Below, piece after piece: positions 38,721 through 52,799 of a DNA stretch of 64,000 nt. The stretch's first letter is position 1. Each line of letters begins with the position of its first letter. Location: NCBI RefSeq assembly GCF_026571515.1, contig NW_026854988.1, positions 372,001 to 436,000 on the forward strand, read 5' to 3'. The notes under the pieces were generated by a model, which had not been told where the DNA came from, searched no databases, and worked only from the letters and a program-made list of their open reading frames with translations. Source of the stretch: Ruditapes philippinarum. Lineage: Eukaryota. Made by a program: the position numbers and the translations under genes.

Positions 38721-41700
38721 CATTGATATATAAATAATGTTATCTTGTACGAAGTGTTTGATAGATAATGTAGAAAAAACGAGTCTTTTCTAGGGTGTTC
38801 CATTTGATCAGATCAAGTCCTTTAGCGGAGAATTCAATTCTTATTTGATAGATCATTTCTGATTAACATAAACATTGTTATGGTATCTTAGCTATGTTAA
38901 GGAATGCTAAACTAAATTTGAAACAAAATGCTGATATCTTCACAGTAATGTTATAAAAACTGAACCATGGTTATTCTGTCTGCATAAGTGTCATTCTCCG
39001 ACGAATGATTTCTTTTCCTCGTTAGTTTATTGTACTCTATGGTTGTTCAAGTATACATCTTTATTTGTAGCAATCATTTGTTGTTTGTATCTTCGCTTTC
39101 AATAATGTTACTTGTCCTTGTGCATCACCGCATGTTTATATTATCATATATGTCACACTGTTCAATAACTATAGCTTTATTATCACAGTTGTATTAGCTA
39201 ATGAAGGCTTCTTTTCTCTGCTTCTTTTATTCGCTTGAATATTATTTTATTAATATTGTTGGTGACACATGAACACCGTTGTGAGGTGCTTAATATGTTC
39301 TAGATTTCATGTACTTCTATTAAAATTGACAAATATTGTATGAGTTGTATGAGTACAATAACCATTAACAACCTATGTTACACTAAGTCTTAGACTTTTA
39401 TACTGCGTCTATTTTCTCTGGTTTCGTTTTTATTTATGTCTTTGTTCAGTCTTATTTCAAGAAATAAATCTTTACAAACCTGTTCGGTGGTAATGATTAA
39501 GTATTTCGGAATTCAGAATTCATTTCTTGAGTCTTCATAATATTGCTTTACGTTTTCTTGTATAGAAGTTCAAATTCGACAAAATACCAAACATTGAAAA
39601 TTATTGTATCACGCGAACCTTCCTCGAATCATTTTCATAAAGAATTGAGGTTAGCACTGAGGTAAAATCACTAAAAGTTATAATCTTCCAACTAATTAAT
39701 TGCAGGGATTGAATTTAACATTTTAAGCTTTGAACGTTTGTTTACAACCAAAACATATGGAAATAAAGTTTGACGTAGAAAATGTGTTCCAGCACGATAG
39801 TGATAGTTCTTTCTTTTGTTACTAGCTAGTAAAACAAAAACATGTAGTAAAACATATACACAGATTTTTTAGATGTTGTAATACCATGATTTAAAATTAA
39901 TTGAACTCATGCAATTACAATATTGAACTAAATTTTACTGCAGATTTTATCTATTCAGTTTTAAAGAAAATGTTTTCAAATAATTATATGTACACACAAG
40001 AATTTACAATACAATCTGAATAATGTAATGGAAAGGATAAGAAAAAAACAAATATGTGGTATTTGTCTTCAATGAGTACAAAATCAGGTTTTTAATAAGA
40101 ATTAAGCTTTAATTGTGTAAGGAAAACAGGAATAAAACAGGGATTAAAATCTCAATTAAAAACAACTTACGATAAGAAAGGATAGACAAGGTCTTGAGAA
40201 AGAAAAATCGAAGAAATGCGTTTGGGACTTAATTATTTTAATATTTTGCTTTCATTGATGAAGCATTGGACGCTTGTAAAAGTGATCGTATTTTCGTTAT
40301 GTGGGAACAAACGATTGACAATTATTTACACTTACATCAGCGTCAAATTCAAACTTATATTTCGTTTTTGCCCTACGCAAAATGCGCATGCGTGAAATGC
40401 AACATCCGTTACTATGGAAAAATCGTACTGTACAATGGTCTAAAAATAGTTTAATGTCATTATGAGAGAGTTGTTTGTTTTAATATATGAAATTAATATA
40501 AAGAAAGTTATTTATGAATTTTACTGTGGAAATTTAATAAAATATAGCTTATGTAAATTTGGAAAATGATTTCTAAAGAAGATTTAATCTCTATTGCTGA
40601 GAAGTTATCCTGCAGAACAGGTGAGATACTACAGGACTATAGTAATTCATTCATTGGAGTACACATCAGAGATTTGAGATTTTTTTATTTCTTGAATGAT
40701 ACAAAAAAGTACCTTTAAAGAGGACGCAGGTGATATAATATCATGACGTCAGCAGCAACACAATATAAATCATTTATACCATTACAAAATCCATTCAGAT
40801 TGTTTATAACTTAAGGAGTGACATTTATTGCTTTGCTTTTCATTCGTGTAATACACGTTATTTGTTTTTGTGATGAGATTCAAAATCACTGGTTACAATA
40901 TTATTGTTTGTCGTAACATTTATACGAGCCTGGTTCCTTGTTCAACATATTACGTGTTTCAGTTTGTCCAACTGAGACCTACATCTTTAACATTTTATTA
41001 CAAACGATTAATAAAATAACCAATGTATTATTTGTTATGTAAATGATAAATTCTATCACAGCCCCAGATATCCACGCATAGAGATTGTCACAGATATTTA
41101 GAAAAACCTTTTCTTGAGCAAAGAGCAAAACATAATTTAAAAAAACTACTCTTGAACTTGAACTTGGTTTTATATCTTTCTTTCGTAATTAAATTACCTA
41201 TTTTTTTACAGATATTTAGAAATATTTTTGAGTATAAAATATCATTTGTTTCGTATTATTTCACAACTTAAATATTCATGAGAACTCATATACTAAGGAT
41301 GTGCGCTTACACCGTTTTATAGTTCTCATACATTTGAATAATATAACAATGATCAGATGTTTCGTTATTGTGTATAATATTAAAATAATAACAATTTTTA
41401 AATCATAGCTAATCATCTATTTTTTATCATTCTTGTAAATATATTTCTTTTCAATTCGATTTAAACATTATAACTTTAAACGTTCTTTTGGTTCACCGTA
41501 CTGTAAACAGGTACGATCATTTTTTGCATACAATGTAGCAATCAAAGTATCAAATAGTTAAACATTTTGCAGTATTAAATTAATGTGTTTCTTTTAGATG
41601 TGTGATAACACATTGTTGAAATATTACACTCATTGCTATATATAACAGTGCAGTGAACACAATCAAGATCATTTCAACTGATAAGGCCGTTGTATTAATG

Positions 41701-43516
41701 CACATCATAACTTGATTGTTTTATAACTTTTCAGTATTCGTTTAATGTCTGTTCCCTCAGAATTCATATCATAATTGATTAATAAAGCAATAAATAGACG
41801 TTCAATTAAACTAGAATCTGTTGATGCTTAGAAATGATGATAATTTATCTTAAAAATGTTGTTTCTGACTGACTATGACTTAATTATTAAACATATGGTT
41901 CCAATACAATAGTTCATCTATTGAAACGTGCACACAATTATAACGTATCATGTTCAGGATTGATTATAATGTTGGCCTATAGTTATGCTTACAATTCCAA
42001 ACGATTGCAATGATAGTGAAATTGAGATGCTTGTTGATTTTGTTATCGGTATGAATAAAATCTATTTATGCTAGACTTTTTCCAAAATATAAGTATGTCA
42101 ACCTGTTGATATCACATATCTCTACAAAGAGGTATCTGTGTACGACTCTGGGTGCCGTTTTATTGACCGTCGAAGGCCCGGTCGTTGGAAAGTGCGTACA
42201 TTTTCATCTGTTTTTATCAACATGGTCGTAGCAAAACGTCTTAAATATACGTTGAAACACTACAGACGTTTCAATACAGTCTTTATAATGATCAAATGCT
42301 AAAAATGGCGACTGATGAAGCAGCAAGAGAAATAATCCGCCCGGGATATTCTTATTGAGTTACGATGGTGCCAGACAGAGACGGCGGCGATTATGATGCT
42401 TATGGCGATAAAGAGGAAAACAACGGCGGTTACTTTAAAATAATTACAAAAATAACGGTAAAGAAATAATTATTTAAAAACAAACAAACAACAACAAAAG
42501 AATTAATGAATATTTATTCAAGAAACAATAGGAAAAAACACAAACAAAACCAACAAACAAAAAACAAAACAACAACAGCAACAAAAAATGAAAAAGAAAC
42601 AAAAACAAACATTACAAAAACAAACAAACGACAAACAAACAAACAAACAAACAGATAAACATTGTAGTCGGAAAAATTACAATGGATTTTTTTGCAGCAT
42701 CAAAAGAGTTTTTTTTGAGGATGCGAAAAGCGTAAGTCTTCCAATTAATTGTGGATGCATCAGAGAAACCTAGCAGCGTCCTTTGAATTTATACAGTTTC
42801 CGGTGTTACAAGCCAAATAATTATGTATTGCATCATGCCAAAGAATGTTCAACTTTATCAATAGTTTCTAAATTAAGACATAGTAAAGTGTAATATACAG
42901 ACAAAGATAGAATAATAACGACATGTTTGAAACAGGTGTTAATTATTACCCTAGCTGCATTAGAAAATCCTATAAAAAATTAACATAAATACGTAATCTT
43001 TACAATGCAATAAAGGAAATTAGAAAACTCTTATTTTGCCGACAGACAGTTTTCAATCGGTTTATATTGCCTTTAGAGATAAAAATTCTTCTCGTTAAAA
43101 TTACACATATATATTAGGAAAGTATCATGCGCAAATTGGAACATTAGATTTTGTTATTATCATAAACAGCAATTAACAGTGGAATTATAATTGATTATAT
43201 ATTTTATATGTATCTAATTTAAAGCTCTTAACTGCTAGATCTAATGTATGTATGAGAACATGAAAGTTTTTGTAGCCGTCTTTTATTTGTGATTTTATGT
43301 GTTCTCCGTTATTCTTCTTTTTCTGTTAACTTCATGAATATTTTTAAATGGAAAACAATCACTTTGATATATAAATGATGTAACATTGTACGAAGTGTTT
43401 GATAGATGATATAGAAGAAAACGGGTCTTTTCTAGAGTGTTCCATTTTATCTGATCAAGTCTTTTAATGGAGAGTTCAATTCTTATTTTCATAGATAATT
43501 CTGATTAACATAAAAC

Positions 43517-43882
43517 TTTTTATCACATAAACTGCGGCGCAGGAGTGTAATAAAGCCATTTAATAGAAACGATATTACACTAGTGTAATAACACTTTGAC
43601 GTGACGTCATTTGCGCTTTATAGAAACATAGCGTTAAAGCGCGCTAACGTTAGCGTTACACTCTGGGCGCGTCATTGAAAAAAATACTCATTTTAACAGT
43701 TCACAGTTCTTATATTAGACATGTGATAAATAGAATATTATATTCGTGTAAATTCAATACTAAATTTATTGAACTCGTTGAATGAAACAATATTATGCTC
43801 GCCAGAGGCTCGCATAATATGATTTTATTCAACTCGTACAATAAATTTAGTATTAAACTACACTCATTCAATATCATCTATA
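43517..43882. mobile_element. ~365 bp non-autonomous element with long right-hand hairpin
   Basis: Homologous to 19152-19803; absent from paralogous site at ~38870; no obvious TSD. Confidence 0.8.
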
Positions 43883-44086
43883 AATGGTATTTTCACTTTG
43901 TTTAAGAATGCTTAACTAAAATTTAAAGAAACTATGCTTTATAACTTTACACTGAATCAGAAACTTGCTCGAATCATTTTCAAAAAGAACGGTAATAAAC
44001 ACGTATAGTAATATAACTAAGGGTTTTAATCTCTAAACTAATAAATTGCGGGGTTTCTAAACAGGAAATGAATAACAGGGAATGCA

Positions 44087-44375
44087 TTAAAAGATATCAG
44101 ATGGTCTTACTGTCATGCGTTCCCGCCAAAAATTCTAACATCGGCCAATGTCGTAGCAAATCGGTTATTTCCGGAACGTTATTTTTTGTCAAAGTCTTAG
44201 ACATTACAATCGCTCTTCCTTCTTCGCTATGTACAAAATTCCGGTTATAAACGGTTAAAAATTATTGAATACCTGAGATTGTGAAAAATAATATTCCGGA
44301 ATTGATCGATTTAGCACGATATTGGCCGATGTTTGATAGTTTTAGCGGGAAGGCATTGCAGTAAGGCAACCTTAA
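44087..44375. mobile_element. TTAA-flanked palindromic MITE (Kolobok-like, tentative)
   Basis: ~100 bp imperfect arms (cttactgtcatgcgttcccgc..aacatcggccaat / attggccgatgtt..gcgggaaggcattgcagtaagg); TTAA both sides; empty site ttttaagctttgaacg at ~39721. Confidence 0.7.
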
Positions 44376-45819
44376 CCTTTGAACGTGTATTCTCTTCAAA
44401 AAACTGAGCAAAACGTTCCAAGTTTGACGTAGAAATGTGTTCGTGTATGATTGTGGCAGTCCTACTAGTTCTACTGCGTACTGAACGAGGCCATTTTATT
44501 AGGCAACATGTATAACAGGGACAAAATATCTTAAATTGGTATTTTCATATTTAATTACAGTAAATTAAAACAAGACAACATCAATACATTTTCTCGATGA
44601 AAAATAATCACTATTTTTAAAAAGTATCTCTGAAGAAAATATAACTATAAAAATATTCTAAAATAAAAGAATCCCTAAATAAACAATGAAACAAGAAATC
44701 GCAAAGACAGTATTTCAATCAACTTTTTCAACATGATTCTCATTACATTCTTTTGATATTAATTTCAAAGTATTTTAAAAGCAATGATTCTAAAACATAT
44801 ATACAGATTCTGTTACATAATGATCTTCAAAATATCTCAATTTTACAAAATTTTTGGTGATCTAATATAATTTATTTCAATTAAAATTCTGACAAAGAAA
44901 GATAGACAAGGCTTTGAAACGGCAAACTAGGAAAGAAGAAAGCGAGGTAAGGCGTTCTCGTTTTGGACTGAATAATTTTTATCGTTTGTTTTTAATGAAG
45001 GACTTAACGCATTTTTAAACTGGTGATATTTTGTTATCTAGTGAGGTTTCACTTACAAAGAGTTATCATCAATGTCGTAGTTTCGCGGATCATTAGAAAG
45101 CAAACATTGACAAGTCATTTCTATTCAGGAGTATATACAAAGGGGACGTGGGTAAAATATAGATTTCAGTCAGGAAATGGTTTAGTGATGTACATTGAGT
45201 TCGCAATTTTGTAAGGGTAGAATCTTCATTTAAAGTGAACCTTCATAGAATCTGCATTGTAAAAGCACTTGCAGAAATGTAGCTATATTAGATATAATAT
45301 TGAAAACAGGATAGAAAAGGAGTATAGTGGAGAGTTATGGTAAAAATAAAGAGAAAAAATAAATATTTTTTTAAAAAAATCTACATATAAATAGATCTTG
45401 TAAAAGAAGGGTATAGCAATCGTCTGTTACGTATAAGACAAATAAGGGATCAATAAAAACTCTACAATTAGGATATTGTCAGACACTTATAAACAACACG
45501 CCGGGTGTCCAAGCATGATCAAGAACGAAATTGATGTTCGTGAGGAGTGAGTATTTCTTGAAATCAGTTTGACGTCAGAATGACGTCGTGACTTGCGCTA
45601 CTACGGCTGTATCGAATAGATTCAATGCCTATCATTTCTTAAGTCATTGCATTTCATGAAAATGTGTATGTAAGTTTGAATTTGTTTGAATTTGATTTTT
45701 TATATACAAAATGTATGAATAGATTTAAAAACGCTATGACGATTTGGTTTTTATGATGAAATTATTATACAAACTTTCGGAAGCTACCTCATACATATTC
45801 GAATTGTGAACGAACCATG

Positions 45820-46025
45820 NNNNNNNNNNNNNNNNNNNNNNNNNNNNNNNNNNNNNNNNNNNNNNNNNNNNNNNNNNNNNNNNNNNNNNNNNNNNNNNNN
45901 NNNNNNNNNNNNNNNNNNNNNNNNNNNNNNNNNNNNNNNNNNNNNNNNNNNNNNNNNNNNNNNNNNNNNNNNNNNNNNNNNNNNNNNNNNNNNNNNNNNN
46001 NNNNNNNNNNNNNNNNNNNNNNNNN
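45820..46025. other. Assembly gap (206 N)
   Basis: Run of N. Confidence 0.99.
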
Positions 46026-48560
46026 TGATGACAAATTAAAGTTACAGCTATCATGAGAATATTAATTATAGTAAAATTATTATAATAAAGCACAAAACGA
46101 TTGACAATGACAAGAAAACAATTTAATGATATACATAAATATATAAGCACATATAAGCTAAATTTCTTTAATAGGTTTGACATCGGTATGTAAGTTATAT
46201 ATATATATTTAGAAATAAATATCATAGCTTTGTGTTAAGAATCATAAAAACTATATCCACGTATGCAAACAAATTTAACTGTCTGTTACAATAGTTAATT
46301 ACAGAAGTTATTTATATTTTTATAACGTTGTATGACAGTAATTTGTTAGAAAAAGATGCACTATACTGTGTGAGCCAAATTTAAAATAATTATCATTATT
46401 AATTGTTAAAATTTCAAAGTTTAACTAAGCACAAGTATTTTTCTTGCGGAGCTTCTCATGGACTGGCACTAACGTGTAACATCAAAATTCAAAATTTTAC
46501 CAGTTCATGTTAAATGTTGAATCTGCTTAAGCTGGGGCTAGGGGGCGTGGATGGTAACTTGCACTTTCCAGAACTGTCCATGAACAGGCCTAATCAAACT
46601 TAGACTGCAATATTTTCAATTGTGTCGTTTTGGGCGTTAAGGAATTTCGCTTTCTCTTTTCTGTAAGGAATTACTTTGATATGAGAAACGATGATTATTT
46701 GCAAAAGTTTGCCACACCTAGTACAAGAAAAAACAAGGAGTTGATTACTGTAATGAGGTACAAAATAATGGCAAACTTGTAAATCATCAAATAATGAACA
46801 TATTTACAAACGCATACTTTTACTTCTGTGCGACAGCTATATCATGGAAGTTTAATTATATTTGATAAAACAACTACAAAAAGCAACAAATATACTTATT
46901 TTAGAGAAGGTAACATACATTTAGTTTACACAATAAGAGAACAATAATAATAACGAACTGTGTATGTTTGAATTTTTAAGCAAAGCATATATTTATGTTT
47001 ACTATCACACGAAGTATTTCAATGTTTTAAGCATTCAATATATTCCTCATGATCTTATAAAGGAGAATCATCAGAGCTTGAACTCTGAGATATTATTGCC
47101 GACAAATGATCATAAGTAGATCTTACAGTTACAAATACATCATGATTTTATGATGCTTCTGTAAGGATATTTCCAACGTGGAGATGTATTTTAGTAATTA
47201 ACTTGTACAAGAAAGATAAAACAGTGAAGCGACGACTACCTATCATTATTTAAATGAGAAACTGATAAAGGCGAAAGCATTATTTAATAATTTTGAGGGG
47301 AAAAACACTTATACTCGTATTAATTATTATTGTTGAAGTAACAAGTAACATTAATATATAAAATTCAAAATCGATAAAATGACTTCTTTAATTCATTTAA
47401 AAAATATGAATGTTTTAACTTTATTTTACAAACTCAATATCTATTTTTATACACTGATCAAATTGTAATAGCAAAATGTTTGATAGTAAACAGAACAAGA
47501 AGAATAAGTATGCATCGAAAGTATACTACATGTATACTACATGCATTTATTTTATTTTTCTGTACATCTGTCAAATACTAAAAAGTATTTTGTATGTATC
47601 TTAGTCACTTAAACTGATGCTTTTACTTTATATTTGTATATTAACTTCTTTCTGTACTGGTATAACAAATCAAATTGATCATGTCTTTGATTATTACGCC
47701 AAATTCTTTTGTCACATTTAGACGCCGCAACCATTGACGTCATGTGAAGCTAGCATAATTCCAGTTTAGTGTTTATTATCTAATCTATTTTGTGCATTAA
47801 ACACCGTTTAACCTAAATACAGTACATGAAATCCGTTTAATAATTATTTATATATTCTGATAGTAATGACACTCTCATACTTTTGGTACATAAAAGTATA
47901 TTGCTTAACATTAAATATTCGACAGTAATCTTCGTTTAGTAAGTTTACTATATATAGTTTTTTAACTATTTTCGTCGTCTTTAAAAAATGTCATTTCATC
48001 AGTGGTTTACGTGCCGATCACAAACTATCATGTTTAATACATAAGCTATGATCAGATTTTAGTGAAATCCTCAGTTATGAAGGATTGGTGTTCAAAAGTT
48101 AAAGATATTTCAGCAAGCTTCATTAAAAAATATCTTTACGTATATAGGAATCTAAATACAGATTTTTCTATATACAAATTGAACAAGAAAATATAAAAAA
48201 TAAAAATTAAAAATAAATTAATGTTGTTTTTTTTTCTGAGTACCCAAAGTTCTTGACCGAAAAGTAATAAATTATACAGATAACTTTTCAACAAATGTCT
48301 TAAATAAAGAATTTGCATTTCTTTAACAATTTTTACAAAAAAATCTGGCAAATTGAATTGTAAATTTCTAGAAAATAGTTACACTAACATTTTAAAATAA
48401 GTACAAATCAGGACAATATAGCTTTCATAAGAAACATAAAGATTATTCTTTTGATAAAATGAGGTATAAACAAGATATCAAATGCATGATAATTATCTAT
48501 GATAAATGGCACTAAACGTGTTTGAACGACAGCGATAAAACAAGAATAAGCATTTAATTA

Positions 48561-49637
48561 TCACCTTAGGGGCTTCTTCAAATCTTGTAATTCAGATGTC
48601 AATGTACTCGTTTTCGTAGACTGTCGCCTCATGGTTGTACGAAATATAAAACATTTTCTTTGTATTTGTGGCAGGCGAAACGTGTAGATGATTGGATCTG
48701 CAATGGCATTTAATAACAAAATTACATACAAAATATCACCAATTTGTTCGATTTTCTCTAGATTGTTCAATATATACATGTTATCTTTGTTGTATAAGTA
48801 AACGTTGAATATTCCAATCGGTGTCCAGAAGAATACAAATGTCAAAACGAACAGCGATGTCGTTACTAAGGCCTTAATGTTACTTGTTTCTTTTTGCCGA
48901 TGTCTCGTCTCGCTATGTATAGATCTGTTTCTGACAACACAGATGTAGATCCTACCATAAATCACAAAAATCACCAACAAGACGATGAAGATGAAAATCA
49001 CTATTCCAAGCTCAGAATTTACTTTATCATACGCAATTGCTTCACACAGAGGTTCCATTTCTCGTTGGTGTGCAATACCCATAATTATTTCAACCGCAAT
49101 TGCTAAAACACTCACGAACCAAATTACCAATACAGCGATCATACCACGAATATTTGTCATTTGCTTTTTATACATCAACGGTCTGAGTATGGCCAGATAA
49201 TGATCCGCTGCAATTGCAAGAAGATTTAACAATGTTGCTAATAGAGCCAGGTCTGTTACCAGTCGCACAGCAACATTAAAGCAAAGATTTATTTCATGTG
49301 TCATGAGAAATACTTTGCTGAGAAAAGTTGGAATCAGGATTAAACAGTCTGAGCAACATAAACTTATGATCAGTTTTAAATGTGTGGACAACTTCTGATG
49401 TAATCGTATTACCATATTAATAGACACAATGTTTGCAACAATGCCTAAAATACAAAGAACAATGGAAATCACATCCACGGAAGTAACAGTATACGTATTG
49501 TCTAATTCATTATATTCTTCGTAATAAAGGTCGTACCAATTTGCTGTTGATTGTCCCGAAGAATTTCTATCTTGTTCGTGCATTGAATTCAAACTTAAAT
49601 TGGCACTGCCGTTTAAAGACCAGTTACCTTCCATCAT
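48561..49637 (-). CDS. Intact single-coding-exon rhodopsin-class GPCR, copy B (358 aa; melanocortin/adenosine-receptor-like features, ligand unknown)
   Basis: Seven hydrophobic segments; GIVAN, SLCCSD, LLAIAADHY, IW, FVFFWTP, NAIADPIIY; true start likely ATG 49637 because a splice acceptor (ttcAG, 49654-6) lies 16 nt upstream and copy A starts at the same MM. Confidence 0.95.
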   Translation of the reverse strand: MMEGNWSLNGSANLSLNSMHEQDRNSSGQSTANWYDLYYEEYNELDNTYTVTSVDVISIVLCILGIVANIVSINMVIRLHQKLSTHLKLIISLCCSDCLILIPTFLSKVFLMTHEINLCFNVAVRLVTDLALLATLLNLLAIAADHYLAILRPLMYKKQMTNIRGMIAVLVIWFVSVLAIAVEIIMGIAHQREMEPLCEAIAYDKVNSELGIVIFIFIVLLVIFVIYGRIYICVVRNRSIHSETRHRQKETSNIKALVTTSLFVLTFVFFWTPIGIFNVYLYNKDNMYILNNLEKIEQIGDILYVILLLNAIADPIIYTFRLPQIQRKCFIFRTTMRRQSTKTSTLTSELQDLKKPLR

Positions 49638-52457
49638 GAGGGATCTTTTAAACCTGAAGACACAATACAAACATGAAATTAAATTTGCATCTTATTCATA
49701 TCAGTTAAATTGAAATAAATAAAAAAGACAAAAATATATCAATATCAATTAGAATGAATAGCTATTTTTCTTTTGTAATACTTATAGGTTTGATTTACTC
49801 ACCATCATTTAATATTATCATCAAAATTTCGATACGAGAATATTATATATCTACCTTCAAAAAAGTATAATATATTGTACAACAATTTAGGAAGTTTCCT
49901 TCTTAAAAGGATTTAACAGTTAACCATTGAGAAGAAAGTCAGTTGATTAGTAAAAAAATTGAAAAAAGATGATACGAAGACATTGTTTAAACACATTCAA
50001 AGAAATAAGAAGATTTCATTGATAAAGTCAAACTATTTTCAATAAATAAATAAGTAAGTAAATAAATAGAAATAAAATAAATAAACCAATCAAAAAATAA
50101 ATAATATAAAAAAATGAATAAAACTAAATTTTAAAAAGATAGAAAAAAAATTTACAGCAAACGTAGTAAATGCATTTTCAGAACATGATATTAATTTATT
50201 CCATGCAGTAAAACTGATAAGATAATTCGAGACTTGGATCACGTAAATGTGTTTTGATGAAAAGCCAAGATTTAAATCAAATTTTCAATATCCCTTCTGA
50301 AGAATGATTTTTTTTCTGATTACTTGTTTCAGATAAAAGCAAGCTACATTAACTTAAAAAAACCTACATTAACTTAAAAACCTTTTACACCTGACATACT
50401 ACACTTAACACTTGTTGTTTTGAGTATTAAAATTCTTGAAAGGGGAGATCTCTAGAGGGCAATGAAAACAAATAAAAGTTGAAATTCTCAGTCCAACCAA
50501 CTCAATAAATTGCATGGCGGTATGAAGAAATAATGCAATAAAGTATTAATATTTCAGCTTTCAACATACTTATTTAACATATTTAAAAAATATTTTGAAA
50601 TAGAATATTTTTATAACAAATTTTACTTTTGTCAATAATGCACAGATAGTTCCTTGACTAGTTTAATTCTAATTATCAGATTAGTGAATACAATAAGAAT
50701 TCCACCCCAACATGTTTCTCAATGGAGCACATGTCCATGTCTGTGGTAAAATGTATTGTTTTTCAATTTAAAGGTCAGGGAAGGGATCTATCAATAATAA
50801 GTGCAATTTCCGGCAATTTCAAATTTAATTAGAAGTATATTTAATTAAAATAAACTCAAGATACTACATGTACATACATGTTTATGTGTCCAATTAGAGC
50901 GAAAAGAAGCAAATACCTGTTGTATTCCAAACATATAAATTACATGTGTCTGCATTTCAAAATATTTTACTCAACGGCGAATAAATTTTATAACAAGTTC
51001 TTGTTTTTTAACTTGAAGATAATCGAAATAAATGTCGATTATAAGATGCTATTTTTAATTATGTAAACATTCTATTAAATAAAAATGCAGAATTAACTTA
51101 ATTATGTAGAAACAGCTAAATTGGATTCTTGATATGCAAAGAAAATGATATGCAAAGAAAAACATGTCATTATTTTTTCCTACAAATGTTCCGATAGCTT
51201 ACATTTGGAGAAGTCTTACATATAACTCCAATGTTTCAATATCCTTTCCGGTATTTTAAAACTTTTATTTTCGGTATATATCCGTAAAGGACAGTTATAC
51301 AGTTCTTCTAAAGATGAAAAATGGAGTAAATTTACTTGTCATAATGTAAGATATTATAAAAAGTGAACACCAGGTGTAGTATTTTCATGAGAAGCATAGC
51401 CAATAGTGAAAATATAAGAGCTGGTGTTCTCTAGAGAAATATTATGTGGTTACTATAAATTGTTAAGTACTAAACTGATTTCTGATTTTGGATCGGTACA
51501 CAGCTGTCAAAACTATATTGAACGAGGCGCTAGGCGCCAAAAGAATCATAATAGTTCTCAACCATTTTTAATGATCTCTTTATTCCACATCAACATCACC
51601 GCATAACTAGGCTATATTAAAATAAATAAGGATTTGTTTTTTTATTATGAACTTTCCAAAAATGAAAACTAGGCTAGATGGAAATAAAATAAATGCTATA
51701 TAGGGTGTGATATGAATTTGATATGAACCTTTCGGACTCAGGAAATGAACACAAGGATATAAGGGGTGTGATATGGATTTGATATGGCATTTTTGCCTTC
51801 CAGAAATGAAAACGGGACTAAATTGATAAGATCAGATCCAGTAATTAATTTCATTTGAATATCACGTGGTGAAAACGCTGACACTACATTGGTTAATATA
51901 TTTTACACGGTGTGAAATAAAATTTGATCCATCAAAAAAAAAAGGTTTTCGATTTATTTCATGCTTTTTTGTAGCTTTAAACAGTTTTGTCCTACAACGA
52001 ATATATTTTCATTCATGTCTTTAGCAAAACACGATGTCAAATTGTTCATGTTGAAAAATAATTCTGTTAAACTTCACAAGTTTTATTTCATGTTTTTACA
52101 TAATAAGTGCAGACATTCTGTGCGTCTGATTACAAAACCTATTCAAACAACGAAAGTTGTTCCTATTAATGGCATTTTTCTCATCTGCTTTCAAATATAG
52201 TCTGCCTACAGCAAAAATATTATTTTGACATTTCAAATGAGAAAATATCAAAATATAATATCACTATCTTATGAAAAAACGTGTAACAAAATATGATAAT
52301 TATTTTAATTTCGGCGTCATATTTAAAAGAACAATAAAAAAAACAGAAACCAAAACAGACAAAAGTAAATACAACAACATCCCCAAAGAAACACCATTTA
52401 AAACGCGAAATTCTGTTGATAATTAAGCAAACATATAAATATTTAAAAGTGACTTAC

Positions 52458-52630
52458 GTCGCTTGCAATATCTGTAAAATTGGTATATCCGATTATTCCG
52501 TGCTAACACTGACGCTGTCTGTCGATCAAATGATTTGATGTTATGCGGCTTCAATATTGGTTTAATATCTCTACTGGATTCAGTAATAAACCATTCAAAA
52601 TGCTAGTTTAATATCAGTCGAATTTAAGAT
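52458..52630 (-). other. Putative non-coding 5' UTR exon of GPCR copy B
   Basis: Homologous to 12872-13059 (gatcgacagac, tcagtgt, ggatataccaattt) and ends in GTAAGT (acttac 52452-52457); implies intron 49654-52457. Confidence 0.65.
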
Positions 52631-52799
52631 AAAAAGTTAACAGCCGCTTAGATGTGCATCACTTGTATTTTTATCTACATGGTTCTTAAATGAAGACAGT
52701 TTGAAGTTTATTATCAGCAACTATAATGCGCCAATACACATTTATTAATAATGAAAAATATAAAAGAACCACCACAACAGAAATCTCTCTGCAGTGGAA

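Larger units (their letters stand above)
23555..39530 (-). repeat. Right arm of large inverted segmental duplication of ~4.9-17.8 kb
   Basis: 23555-24673 is reverse complement of ~16655-17795; 30640-31602 of ~15735-16630; 31603-32140 of ~12870-13388; 32270-39530 of ~4950-10790. Confidence 0.9.
40830..45060 (-). repeat. Further partial copy of the duplicated upstream unit (tandem with ~33.7-40.3 kb)
   Basis: Shared anchors e.g. tgtgatgagattcaaaatcact (33738/40869), aagtttgacgtagaa (39766/44420), gatagacaagg (40181/44901). Confidence 0.85.

Noticed and set aside
45734-46225. ORFs spanning the N run
   Set aside because: Artefacts of the assembly gap
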